From Candidatus Poriferihabitaceae bacterium (GTDB taxonomy: Bacteria; Pseudomonadota; Gammaproteobacteria; Arenicellales; Poriferihabitantaceae): a DNA stretch of 64,000 bases. The stretch lies in NCBI GenBank assembly GCA_965226545.1, contig OZ245364.1:1067890-1131889 (forward strand), given 5' to 3'. The notes under the pieces were generated by a model. It was not told the DNA's origin. It made no database searches and worked only from the letters and a program-made list of their open reading frames with translations. Numbering within the stretch: the stretch's first letter is position 1; every line of letters begins with the position of its first letter. The translations under genes and the position numbers were made by a program. Below are positions 28,300 through 38,416 of this stretch, piece by piece.

Positions 28300-28504
28300 T
28301 GATTCGTCTTGCGGCGAATTATTAAACGATTTTGTTTTACGTTTTGCGTTTTGATGTTGTTGCCGGTGTTGACAGTGGAGCGACATTGCAAAGTAACAGT
28401 GCGAAGTGACAGTACAAGTGACATTGCCGTCGTTGTCGCCCCAACCAACGCAACGTTACGCAAGTTAACTTGCGCGCATTACTTATGCGCATCACTTCCC
28501 CACA

Positions 28505-29413
28505 TCACTTTGCCGGCAACACCGCCACTCGACCGTATTCGCGCCAATGCAATCGTTTGCAACGGCGGATAATCGCATTGCGCAGTTTGCGGTCGGCGAG
28601 GAATCGCCGCGCATCGTTTTGCGTATAGGCGCGAATGAAGCGCAACACATCGCGCGCATCCAGCGGCAACGCCAGCACCGAAAAATACAACGCGGCGAGG
28701 TCTTTGATTCGCCATCTGCGCGGCGTTTTGCGGCGCAGTTGCGCGCGATGCAAATCGATGACAAACAGCCGCAGGTTGTCGGCGGTTAACTGCGCCGCGC
28801 CCATCTGCATATCGATGAAAAAATGGCACAGATAAAAATCGCGGTGATTGACGCCGTTGTCATGCAACGTGCGCGCAATGCATCCGAGTTGATGAATCAG
28901 CGCGCGTTTGAGCGCAGGCGGCGGCGGGTGCGCGCGCCAGTCGGCGCATAATTCGCTGAGGCTGATGGCGCCGTGCAATTCGCAAGTAACCAAAAACGAC
29001 AATTGCCGCGCCGGATTGACGCCGCGCCGACCGTAGGCGGCGACGCGCATCGTGTTCAGCCCGAGTTGATGCACGCGCGCAATCGCGCGCCATTCATTGC
29101 CGGCGTTGACGACCGGGCTGCGCAGATGCAAAAGATTTTTAAAAATTTCACGCCAACCGACGCCGCGGTGAATTTTTAAAAAATACTTCCGCCCGCCAAG
29201 CGCAAACCGCAATGTGCGACGGTTGTCTTGGTCGCGATACACCTCGCCCGATTGACGCAAGGCGCAGGCAAACGGATCTTCGTCGCGCCACGCGTCGGCG
29301 AAGGTTTGGTTTAAAAATAATTGGGTTATGCCAAACACGGGGTGGTCGTAAGGTTGAGTTGTTGATGTTGGTGTTGACGTTAACATTGACATTGACATTG
29401 TCGTCACCGGCAA
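28505..29413 (-). CDS. waaP: LPS core heptose(I) kinase
   Basis: DPFACALRQSGEVYRDQDNRRTLRFALGGRKYFLKIHRG matches the WaaP/RfaP N-terminus. The catalytic loop is HRDFYLCHFF, followed by VIDLHRAQ. The N-terminal M..TSTPTSTT stretch is repeat-derived, so the start is uncertain. Confidence 0.9.
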   Translation of the reverse strand: MPVTTMSMSMLTSTPTSTTQPYDHPVFGITQLFLNQTFADAWRDEDPFACALRQSGEVYRDQDNRRTLRFALGGRKYFLKIHRGVGWREIFKNLLHLRSPVVNAGNEWRAIARVHQLGLNTMRVAAYGRRGVNPARQLSFLVTCELHGAISLSELCADWRAHPPPPALKRALIHQLGCIARTLHDNGVNHRDFYLCHFFIDMQMGAAQLTADNLRLFVIDLHRAQLRRKTPRRWRIKDLAALYFSVLALPLDARDVLRFIRAYTQNDARRFLADRKLRNAIIRRCKRLHWREYGRVAVLPAK

Positions 29414-29559
29414 CGTTAACGTTGTTGTTACAAATGTTGTCGTTACAAATTAAGTGCAATCCAACAGCGAGTCAACTGCAAGTTAATTGCAAGTGAAGTG
29501 CAAGTCAATTACAAGCGAATCACAAATCAAAGTCACCGTCGTCACTGTCATCGTTACCG

Positions 29560-30741
29560 TTACCGTCGTTGCGCACCGATGTGTTCGATGCAGTCGCAGG
29601 CGTGTTGCGTCATATCGTAGATATCGGCGCGTGCGGCGAAATCGCGGGCGCGGTGGCGCCAACTGTCGCGGTCGCTTTGTAATACGCGCACGACCGCGCG
29701 ATTGAATTCGAGTTGCTTAAACGGCGCGGCGACGACTGCGCCGAAATGTTCGTCGGCAATGTAATGCGCATAGCCGCACACATCGGTGGCGACAATCGGC
29801 AAGCCGGCGACCATCGCTTCGAGCAACACCGTGCCGGTGTTTTCCGACACCGCCGGATGCACCAACACATCGGCGCCGAGCATAAACGCATCGACATCAT
29901 CGCGTGCGCCGGTAAAAATCACCCGCTCGCCCAAGCCCAAGCGTCGCGCGCGCCGTCGCCATTGCGGCAATTTATCCGCACCAACCACAAACAGATGCGC
30001 CTGCGCGCGCAGCGACGGCGGCAACGACGCCAAGGCGCGCAAACTGCGCGACACGCCTTTGGTGCGAAAGCCCGAACCGACCGCGAGCATCACCTTATCG
30101 GAATCGGTCAATTGCCAATCGCGGCGAAACGCGGCGCGGCGCGTCAAGACATCGGCGCCGGCGATGCGCGCGCGGTCGATGCCGGGCGGCAGGGCGGTAA
30201 ATCGCGCGTCGGGGGTTGCATACCAACGTTGAAAATGGCGGCGTTGATTGGCGGCTATCAGCAAAATCTGCGCACCAAAGTCGCCTGCGAAGACGGCGCG
30301 TTCCATCGCCAAATAGGCGCGATAGCGCGGCAGATGCGCCAGCAAGCGATGCAGCAAGCGATGGCGGACGGTGATTTTATGCGCGAAGCAACCGTCGGCG
30401 GCGTAATACAAATCCAAGCCGGGCATTTTGTTAAAGCCGATGCATAGTTGCGCGCCGAAGTCGCGCGCGACCGCGCGCCATTCGTCGGCGAATTGACGGT
30501 CTTTGGCGTGATTATGGCGCGCGCGATTGGGCAACAATCGCAAGGTGAAGTCGTGTGACGATGTGTTCGGTGATGTGTGCGACGATTCATTCGACGATTC
30601 GCGCGGCGGGGCGTCGCGACGTTCGCGCGCAATCATCAGCACTTCATGTCCGCGCGCGCGGCAGGTTTGCGCAATCGCGCATGCATCGCGCGTCAAGCCG
30701 CCGCTGGGGAAATAATTGAACAGCACAAACGCCAGTTTCAC
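29560..30741 (-). CDS. waaG: LPS core glycosyltransferase I (GT4)
   Basis: GTG start chosen at VKLAFVLFNYFPSGGLTRD, a WaaG-typical opening. The C-terminal EX7E-type region is PAVSENTGTVLLEAMVAGLP. Confidence 0.85.
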   Translation of the reverse strand: MKLAFVLFNYFPSGGLTRDACAIAQTCRARGHEVLMIARERRDAPPRESSNESSHTSPNTSSHDFTLRLLPNRARHNHAKDRQFADEWRAVARDFGAQLCIGFNKMPGLDLYYAADGCFAHKITVRHRLLHRLLAHLPRYRAYLAMERAVFAGDFGAQILLIAANQRRHFQRWYATPDARFTALPPGIDRARIAGADVLTRRAAFRRDWQLTDSDKVMLAVGSGFRTKGVSRSLRALASLPPSLRAQAHLFVVGADKLPQWRRRARRLGLGERVIFTGARDDVDAFMLGADVLVHPAVSENTGTVLLEAMVAGLPIVATDVCGYAHYIADEHFGAVVAAPFKQLEFNRAVVRVLQSDRDSWRHRARDFAARADIYDMTQHACDCIEHIGAQRR

Positions 30742-30793
30742 GGCGGCTCCGGGGGTAACGTCGCTTGAGTGCGACGGCAAAATCGTAACACAA

Positions 30794-30920
30794 TCGCGCG
30801 GTGCGCGCCGCTTAAATGCAATGGCGGCGTCGCGCAGTGTGCGTAAAAATGGTCGCGCACGGTGCGCGCGCAAATAGTCGCGCACGGTGCGCGCAAAAAT
30901 AGTCGCGCACGGTGCGCGCA
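30794..30920. promoter_or_regulatory. Array of five copies of the palindromic core TCGCGCAC-G-GTGCGCG between waaG and glnA
   Basis: Three perfect tandem units (A)AAATAGTCGCGCACGGTGCGCGC at 30846-30920, spaced about 24-27 bp apart, plus degenerate copies at 30829-30844 and 30794-30808. Confidence 0.6.
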
Positions 30921-31042
30921 AAAATAGTTTACACTTGCATTGACCAACGCAAACTTAACGTTGCATTTTGTTTTGGCGCAATTGGAATTGCGAAGGTCAC
31001 GCACTCATTTTAATTTTGATTAGTTACGAGGAACTTGTGACC

Positions 31043-32452
31043 ATGTCCGCAGCAGATGCACTTAAACTCATTCACGACAGCGAAGCCAAATTTGTTGATT
31101 TGCGATTTACCGACACGCTCGGCAAAGAGCAGCATTTAACTTGTCCGGCGGCGGTGGTGGATGAAACCTTCTTAACCGGCGGAAAAATGTTCGACGGCTC
31201 GTCGATTGCCGGCTGGAAGGACATCGAAGAATCCGACATGTTGTTGTTGCCCGATTTGGATTCGGCGGTGCTCGACCCGTTTTATCAGGAAGCCACCGTC
31301 AATTTGCGTTGCGACATCATCGAGCCGGAAACGATGAAACCGTATCGCCGCGACCCGCGTTCGATTGCGCGACGCGCCGAACAATATCTCGCCGATAGCG
31401 GCGTCGGCGACCGCGCCTTTTTTGGCCCCGAGAACGAATTTTTTTTGTTCGATTCGGTGCAGTGGAGCAATGAAATGGGCAGCGCGTTTTACGAAATCGA
31501 TTCCATCGAAGCGGCGTGGAACAGCGGGCGCGATTATGAAGAGGGCAACAGCGGGCATCGTCCGCGCGTCAAGGGCGGCTATTTTCCGGTGCCGCCGGTC
31601 GACAGCCAAGCCGATGTGCGCTCGGCGATTTGCCTGATTGCCAAGGATATGGGGCTGGTCGCCGAAGTGCATCACCACGAAGTCGGCACCGCCGGACAAG
31701 CCGAAGTCGGCGTGCAATTTAACACCTTGGTGCGCAAAGCCGATGAAGTGCAGATTTTAAAATATGTCGTGCACAACGTCGCCGAGCATCACGGGCTGAC
31801 CGCCACCTTCATGCCCAAGCCGTTGGTCAACGAAAACGGCACCGGCATGCACGTGCATCAATCCATCGCCAAAGGCGGCAAGAATGTGTTTGTCGGCGAC
31901 CAGCATCTCGGCTTGAGCGAGATTGCGTTGCATTACATCGGCGGCATCTTTAAACACGCGCGCGCGATTAACGCCTTCGCCAACGCCAGCACCAACAGTT
32001 ATAAACGCCTGGTGCCGGGCTTCGAGGCGCCGGTGTTGTTGGCGTATTCGGCGCGCAACCGTTCGGCCTCGTGTCGGATTCCCTTCGTCACCGACCCGGC
32101 GCATCGCCGCATCGAGATTCGCTTCCCCGACGCCAGCGGCAATCCGTATCTCACCTTCGCCGCAATGCTGATGGCCGGGCTGGACGGCATCGCCAACAAA
32201 ATCGACCCCGGCGCCCCGTCCGATAAAAATTTATACGACCTCTCGCCGGCCGAAGAAAAAGCCATCCCGAGCGTTGCGCACGGTTTGGACATCGCCTTGG
32301 AAGCGTTGGACAACGACCGCGAATTTTTATGCGCCGGCGGCGTGATGGACAACGACACGATTGACGCCTATATCAAATTGAAAATGGAGGAAGTCAATCG
32401 CCTGCGCACCGACCCGCATCCGTGCGAGTTCGAGATGTATTACAGCCGGTAG
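31043..32452 (+). CDS. glnA: Glutamine synthetase type I
   Basis: 469 aa from [24 protein letters not shown], with GAGGAA upstream. Motifs [30 protein letters not shown], and the adenylylation-site context NLYDL. Confidence 0.97.
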   Translation: MSAADALKLIHDSEAKFVDLRFTDTLGKEQHLTCPAAVVDETFLTGGKMFDGSSIAGWKDIEESDMLLLPDLDSAVLDPFYQEATVNLRCDIIEPETMKPYRRDPRSIARRAEQYLADSGVGDRAFFGPENEFFLFDSVQWSNEMGSAFYEIDSIEAAWNSGRDYEEGNSGHRPRVKGGYFPVPPVDSQADVRSAICLIAKDMGLVAEVHHHEVGTAGQAEVGVQFNTLVRKADEVQILKYVVHNVAEHHGLTATFMPKPLVNENGTGMHVHQSIAKGGKNVFVGDQHLGLSEIALHYIGGIFKHARAINAFANASTNSYKRLVPGFEAPVLLAYSARNRSASCRIPFVTDPAHRRIEIRFPDASGNPYLTFAAMLMAGLDGIANKIDPGAPSDKNLYDLSPAEEKAIPSVAHGLDIALEALDNDREFLCAGGVMDNDTIDAYIKLKMEEVNRLRTDPHPCEFEMYYSR

Positions 32453-32667
32453 TTGTTGCGCGTCCGTTCGTCCGTCCGTCACTTTCATTGTCGCCATTGT
32501 CGCCATCGTCGCCATCGTTGTCACTTAAGTCGTCACTGTTACTGTCGCGTCACTTGTTACCGTTGCCACTGTCGTTAACTGTTAACGTTGCATGTTGACT
32601 ACGGTGGCAACGACGGCAATGACAGTCACGGTGACAACGATGTCAAAAACATCAACGGCGTTATAAA

Positions 32668-33891
32668 GTGACCGCCACCGCCGCGCGTATGCGCGCCTAT
32701 TTGCAGAAAGTCGCCACCGGGCCCGAACTTGGCAAATCGCTCGACCGCGCAAGTGCGCGTGATGCGATGGCGATGATTTTGTCGGGCGACGCCGACATTG
32801 TGCAGGCGGCGGTGTATTTGATTGCGCTGCGCATCAAGCGCGAAACGTTGGATGAAACCCTCGGCGGCTTGGATGCCTTGACCGATATGCGCGCACTGTG
32901 CGCCGTCGATTGCGCGCAACTCCTCACCATCGCCGAGCCGTTCAATGGAATGTTGCGCGCGCATCCGCCGACGCCGTTTGTGCCGGCGGTGCTTGCCGCC
33001 TGCGGTTTGCCGGCGTATTGCCACGGCGTGCGCACGGTCGCGCCCAAATTCGGCGTCACCGCACATCGCGTGTATCGCAGCATTGGCATCGCAACCGACT
33101 TAACGCCGTCCGCCGCCGCCGCGCAATTGGCCGATGATTCGATTGGCTGGGCGTATTTGGATCAATCGATTTATTTGCCGGCGTTGTATGCATTGCGCGG
33201 ATTGCGCGCGCGCATGGTCAAGCGCACTTGTTTATCGACGCTCGAAGTGACGCTGGCGCCGTTGCGCGCGCGGCGTACGCAGTTGTTGTGCGGCTATGTG
33301 CATCGCGATTATCCGCCGGTGTATTTGGCGTTGGCGCGCGCCTGCGGGTATGACGGCGCGAGCGTGGTGCGCGGCGTCGAAGGCGGCTGCATTCCATCGC
33401 TGGCGCAGCCGTCGAAGTTGTTTTGTTATGACGCCGACGGCGAACGCAAATTGCCGTTGCGTCCGGCGGAATTGGGCATTCGCCACAACGAACGGGCGAC
33501 CGCGATTGCTACGCAATTGACGCGCGAGACGCCGGCGCAGGTTGACGAATATGGCGATGTCGGCGGCGACGGTGACGGTGGCGGTAAAAGTAACAGTAAA
33601 AGTAAAAGTAACATTAGTAACGATGCATTAACAACGCCGATTGATGTCGAGGCAAGCGCGGCGGTTTGTGCGGCGTTGGGGCGGTGTGCATTGGGCGGTC
33701 GTGCGGATGTCGATGTCGACGATGCGGCGGTGTGCACGATGCGTGATGCAATTATTTACGGCGCGGCGATTGGCTTGATGCAATGCAATCGCGCCGATGA
33801 TTGGCGTGATGCGGCGCAACAGGCGCGCGCGGCGATTGACGACGGTCGCGCCTTGGCGCGGTTTGATGCGGGGCGTGAGGTGGCGGGGTGA
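32668..33891 (+). CDS. Anthranilate phosphoribosyltransferase-like (glycosyltransferase family 3) paralog
   Basis: Its N-terminal helical domain resembles TrpD (GPELGKSLDRASARDAMAMILSGDADIVQAAVYLIALRIKRET), but it is clearly distinct from the bona fide trpD at 50940. It contains an in-frame low-complexity insert. Confidence 0.7.
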   Translation: MTATAARMRAYLQKVATGPELGKSLDRASARDAMAMILSGDADIVQAAVYLIALRIKRETLDETLGGLDALTDMRALCAVDCAQLLTIAEPFNGMLRAHPPTPFVPAVLAACGLPAYCHGVRTVAPKFGVTAHRVYRSIGIATDLTPSAAAAQLADDSIGWAYLDQSIYLPALYALRGLRARMVKRTCLSTLEVTLAPLRARRTQLLCGYVHRDYPPVYLALARACGYDGASVVRGVEGGCIPSLAQPSKLFCYDADGERKLPLRPAELGIRHNERATAIATQLTRETPAQVDEYGDVGGDGDGGGKSNSKSKSNISNDALTTPIDVEASAAVCAALGRCALGGRADVDVDDAAVCTMRDAIIYGAAIGLMQCNRADDWRDAAQQARAAIDDGRALARFDAGREVAG

Positions 33892-34213
33892 CGGTGGTGA
33901 CAGCGTGACAAGTATTGTGACGAATTGTTTTCGATGTTCGATTGTTGTGCGATTGTTGTGTGATGTTTTTGTGACCTTTGTTAATGTGTAGTGCATTTTA
34001 TTTGGCGCGCATAAAATCTGTACAATGCGCGGTCGCATGTGTTGGCAATGTCGGCGATGTTGACAGAGTCGGCATTGACAGAGTCGACGGTCGACAATTG
34101 ACAATTGACAATTTCGTCAATGCCGTCGATGTCGGCGATGTCGGCGACAACATTGCATGTGTAATCGAATTGACTCATTAACAGTAACCTCAACCGCACC
34201 CCAACCCAACCCA

Positions 34214-35431
34214 ATGCCCCCCGCCGCCACCATCGTTAATCGCTCGGCGTATGCCGCCGTGGTGATTGCCGCGTTGTATTATTTTTTTGAATTTGTCGCG
34301 CGGGTCGAGCCGAGTTTGGCGACGGCGCAGATTGCGGCGTTTTATCGATTGTCCGAAGCCGAATTCGGCACTTTGGCGAGTTTGTTTTTTTGGGTGTATG
34401 CGCCGATGCAAATTGTCGTCGGTGTGTTGCTCGACCGCCACGGCGCGCGCGTGCCGGTGCTCATCGGGTCGTTGTTGTGCGCCTTGGGCGTGTTGGTGTT
34501 TATCGCGACGCCGACGCCGCTGTTGGCCGGCGCCGGGCGATTGTTGACCGGGTTGGGCGCGTCGTTTGCATTTGTCAGCGCATTGTATTTGGTCAATCAT
34601 TGGTTTCCGCCGCGCCGTTTTGCATTATTGTCCGGCGCGGTCAACGCGGTTGGCATGGTCGGCACAGCAGCCGGCTCGGTGGCGTTGACATTGTTCATCG
34701 CCGATTGGGGTTGGCGCCCGGTGTTTTTTGCGACCGCATTATTCGGCTTCGGCGTGTTTGTGTTGGCGGCGTTGTTTTTGCGCGATGCGCCGAAGCGCGA
34801 AGCGCGCGCATCCGATGCGCACGTCGGCAAACTGCGCGCGGTGTTCGTCAATCGACGGCTGTGGCTGATTGCCGGCTTGGGGATGTTGTATTACATGCCG
34901 GTCAATGTGTTCGGCGTGCTGTGGGGGCATGAGGCGTTGGTGCAACAAAACCGCTTGAGCGCGGTGCAGGCGCAAACCGCGATTGCGATGATTTTTTGGG
35001 GGTTGGCGTTGGGCAGCGTGGTATTCGGCGCATTGTCGGACCGCCTCGGGCATCGTCGGCTTTTGATACTCTGCGGCTTGGCGCCGGCGATGGCGGCGTT
35101 TGCGGCGGTGATTTATCTGCCGCTAAGTTCGCCGTATGCAATCGGCGCGCTGTTGTTCGCCGGCGGATTTTTTGTCGGCGGGCAAATGCTGACCTTTGCG
35201 ATGGCAAAAGAATGCCTCGGCGCGCAACACACCGGCACGGTGGTCGCGTTTGTCAATATGATTGGCATCGGCGGCGCGATTGTGTTTCAGCCGTTGACCG
35301 GTTATTTGTTGGAATTGTTCGGTCACAATTTCAGCAAGGCGCTCACCTTGATGCCGGCGTCGTTGGCGGCGGCGGCGGTGGTTGCGCTGTTGTTGCGCGA
35401 TGAACGTCATCCGGACCATTCGCTTGATTGA
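34214..35431 (+). CDS. MFS transporter
   Basis: 12 hydrophobic helices and the MFS loop motif LLDRHGARVPVLIG. Start trimmed to MPPAATIV. Confidence 0.85.
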   Translation: MPPAATIVNRSAYAAVVIAALYYFFEFVARVEPSLATAQIAAFYRLSEAEFGTLASLFFWVYAPMQIVVGVLLDRHGARVPVLIGSLLCALGVLVFIATPTPLLAGAGRLLTGLGASFAFVSALYLVNHWFPPRRFALLSGAVNAVGMVGTAAGSVALTLFIADWGWRPVFFATALFGFGVFVLAALFLRDAPKREARASDAHVGKLRAVFVNRRLWLIAGLGMLYYMPVNVFGVLWGHEALVQQNRLSAVQAQTAIAMIFWGLALGSVVFGALSDRLGHRRLLILCGLAPAMAAFAAVIYLPLSSPYAIGALLFAGGFFVGGQMLTFAMAKECLGAQHTGTVVAFVNMIGIGGAIVFQPLTGYLLELFGHNFSKALTLMPASLAAAAVVALLLRDERHPDHSLD

Positions 35432-35742
35432 TTAATGATTAACCAATGCGTTGTGTGCGCACTGTGGTATGTGGTATGCTCGCGCTTTCCCGCATTTTGT
35501 TTTGATGGCGCGGGTTGGCGGGTGATGATTAATTAATGCGAGGTTAATTAACGCGCCGCTTGTAATATCCTTATAATGTTAATGTGCAATTCGCTGTACG
35601 CAACTTCGACGCGCATCTTAAACTCGACAACTCGACATCGACCTAAGCCGCGAATTTTTGATTCAATTTTAATTTGGCTTGGTTTGATTTCATTTCCTTT
35701 AATGCACTTCGCTAACCGACGGTTAAATGGGTTAACGCAATC

Positions 35743-36981
35743 GTGGACAACACCGTGAAACATGCAGACAACGCGCAGCTCGCGCGCAATCAATCCGGCG
35801 GCAACGGCGAAAATCCGTGGGGGCAACGCGGTCGACGCAATGCACCGCCGGATTTGGATGAAATCTTTCGTCAAGTGCGCGCGCGTATCGAGGCGTTCTT
35901 GGGCGGCGGTCGCGGACGCGGCGGCAATGGCGGCGGCAAACTCGGCGGCGGCTTGTTTGGGCTGGGCGCGATTATTTTAATCGGCGTGTGGCTGGCGAGC
36001 GGCTTTTACACCGTCGACCAAGGCGCGCATGCGATTGAATTGCGCTTCGGCAAATACAGCGAAACCACCGACGCCGGCTTGCATTGGCATTATCCGCGCC
36101 CGATTGAACGGCGCATCGAAATCAACACCCAACAAGTCAACACGGTCGAAGTCGGCTATCGCAAAGGCGCCAGCAACTTAAAGCCGGTGCCGCGCGAGGC
36201 GTTGATGTTGACGCAGGATGAAAACATCATCGATATTCAGTTTGCGGTGCAATACGACATCAAAAGCCCGACCGATTTGTTGTTTAACGTAAGCGAATTC
36301 AGCACGCGCAACATGGCCGAAACGGTGGTGCGTCAAGCGACCGAAAGTGCGGTGCGCGAAATTGTCGGGCGCAACACGATGGATTTTGCAATCACCCAAG
36401 GGCGCGCGCAATTGGCGGCCGAAACCAAAACCTTGGTGCAACAAATTCTCGACCGCTATCAAAGCGGCATCAACATCCGCACCGTCGAGATGCAAAACGC
36501 ACAACCGCCGTCGCAGGTAAAAAACGCATTTGACGATGTGGTGCGCGCGCGCGAGGACGAAGAGCGCATCATCAATCTCGCCCAAGCCTACGAAAACGAC
36601 ATTATTCCCAAAGCGCGCGGCGCGGCGGTGCGGGTGGTCGAAGACGCCGAAGCCTATAAAGCCGCGACGGTCGCTCAAGCCGAAGGGCAGGCGTCGCGCT
36701 TCGACCAAGTGTTGCTCGAATACGCCAAAGCGCCCGAAGTTACTCGCGACCGTTTGTATCTCGAAGCGATGGAGGAAGTGCTCGGCAATTCCTCGAAAAT
36801 GATTATTGACCAACAAGGCGGCAACAGCGTGATGTATTTGCCGCTCGACCAACTGTTGCGCAACCGCAATCTCAGCGGCGCGTTGGGCGATTTGGGCGGC
36901 GCGACTTCAGACGCGGCTCAAACGGTGTCCGGCGCGGTGCGTTCATCGGGACGCAGCAACGAACGCACCGGGAGGAATTAA
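35743..36981 (+). CDS. hflK: FtsH protease modulator HflK
   Basis: N-terminus ...GGNGENPWGQRGRRNAPPDLDEIFRQ, one TM helix and an SPFH/band-7 domain, directly followed by hflC. GTG start, so the exact start is uncertain. Confidence 0.92.
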   Translation: MDNTVKHADNAQLARNQSGGNGENPWGQRGRRNAPPDLDEIFRQVRARIEAFLGGGRGRGGNGGGKLGGGLFGLGAIILIGVWLASGFYTVDQGAHAIELRFGKYSETTDAGLHWHYPRPIERRIEINTQQVNTVEVGYRKGASNLKPVPREALMLTQDENIIDIQFAVQYDIKSPTDLLFNVSEFSTRNMAETVVRQATESAVREIVGRNTMDFAITQGRAQLAAETKTLVQQILDRYQSGINIRTVEMQNAQPPSQVKNAFDDVVRAREDEERIINLAQAYENDIIPKARGAAVRVVEDAEAYKAATVAQAEGQASRFDQVLLEYAKAPEVTRDRLYLEAMEEVLGNSSKMIIDQQGGNSVMYLPLDQLLRNRNLSGALGDLGGATSDAAQTVSGAVRSSGRSNERTGRN

Positions 36982-36983
36982 GC

Positions 36984-37859
36984 ATGTCCGGCAAAGGGGT
37001 GTTGTTTTCATTAATCGGCGTCGTCATCGCCGCGTTGATGCTGGATACGGTGTTCATCATCGATGAACGCAAGAAGGCGATTGTGTTTATGTTCGGCGAA
37101 ATCGTCGATTCGAATTTGCAGCCCGGCTTGCATTACAAAATTCCGTTCGTGCAAAAAGTCAAATATTACGACGCGCGCGTGCAAACGATGGACGCCGACC
37201 CGGAGTTGTACTTGACCGGCGAAAAGAAAAACTTGGTGGTCGATTCATTCGTCAAATGGCGCATTCGCGATGTGCATCAATACTACACGCGCCTGCAAGG
37301 CCTGCAATCCAACGCCCGTTCGCGCCTGTCGCAACGCGTCAACGACAGCCTGCGTCAGGAATTCGGGCGGCGTTCGGTGCAGGAAGTCATCTCCGGCGAC
37401 CGCAGCGAGATTATGGACGTCGTGCGCTTGGCGATGGATGAAGACGCCGCCAGTCTCGGCATCGAGATTATCGATGTGCGCTTAAAGCGCGTCGATTTGG
37501 ACCCGGCCATCAGCGAACGCGTGTATGAACGAATGAACGCCGAACGCGCGCGCGTCGCCAATGAATTTCGCGCCGAAGGCGAGGAAGAAGCGGAAAAGAT
37601 TCGCGCCAACGCCGACCGTGAACGCGCGATTTTGCTCGCCGAAGCCGAGCGCGACGGACAGCGGATTCGCGGCGAAGGCGATGCGGTCGCAACCGACATC
37701 TATGCGCGCGCATTCGGCAAAGACCGCGAGTTCTACAACCTGTACCGCAGTTTAAACGCCTACAAGCAAACCTTCGACGGCAAGGAAAACTTAATGGTGC
37801 TTGACCCCAGTTCGGATTTCTTTCGCTATTTCAAACAACCGCGCGTGCCGAGCAATTAA
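36984..37859 (+). CDS. hflC: FtsH protease modulator HflC
   Basis: 291 aa with an N-terminal TM helix and an SPFH domain. Starts 2 nt after the hflK stop. Confidence 0.92.
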   Translation: MSGKGVLFSLIGVVIAALMLDTVFIIDERKKAIVFMFGEIVDSNLQPGLHYKIPFVQKVKYYDARVQTMDADPELYLTGEKKNLVVDSFVKWRIRDVHQYYTRLQGLQSNARSRLSQRVNDSLRQEFGRRSVQEVISGDRSEIMDVVRLAMDEDAASLGIEIIDVRLKRVDLDPAISERVYERMNAERARVANEFRAEGEEEAEKIRANADRERAILLAEAERDGQRIRGEGDAVATDIYARAFGKDREFYNLYRSLNAYKQTFDGKENLMVLDPSSDFFRYFKQPRVPSN

Positions 37860-38197
37860 TCGCGCGGCGTACGCGTCCGTGTGGCGTGTCGAGGTGGTGT
37901 GTCGATACAGTGTCACAGTGTCGTATACATTGTCGGCAATATCGAAGTGCTATCTGCAAGTTACGGCGTCAATCGCAACACCGTTTAAGTGTCGGTTAAG
38001 TGTTGGTTAAAAGTTTCGTGACAAACTGTGCGCGTGTCGCCACAAATGGATTGTGACTTTGTGACTTATTTTGTGACGTGGTTACTTAATCGCGTTGTTT
38101 GATTATTGAGTTGTCGAGTTGTTTAATTGTCGAATTCGCTTAAGCATTAATCCGCATTGATTCATTTATTCACGCGCCAATTCGCCGGCGGTCGGCG

Positions 38198-38416
38198 ATG
38201 CGCTACATACGGGGGATTGTCGTGTCATTGCAGTGGGCTGATTTGTTTGCCGGGTTGGCGTTCTTTTTGATTTTGGAGGGAATGTTGCCGTTGGTTTATC
38301 CGGAGGTATACCGCCGCCATCTGAAAAAAATCGCCGACAGCGACAACGGTGCGTTGCGGCTGACCGGCGCGGTGTGCATGTTGGTCGGCGCGGTGTTGTT
38401 GTTCATCATCCGCTGA
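38198..38416 (+). CDS. DUF2065-like small membrane protein
   Basis: Two hydrophobic helices ([20 protein letters not shown] ... [19 protein letters not shown]), in the conserved position between hflC and purA. Confidence 0.7.
   Translation: MRYIRGIVVSLQWADLFAGLAFFLILEGMLPLVYPEVYRRHLKKIADSDNGALRLTGAVCMLVGAVLLFIIR

Noticed and set aside
30974-30991. Sigma-54 promoter (TGGCGC...TTGC) and NtrC sites upstream of glnA.
   Set aside because: The GG-to-GC spacing is 15 nt instead of the canonical 12. The nearby palindromes have a 1-nt rather than 5-nt spacer between GCAC/GTGC halves, so neither matches the established consensus.
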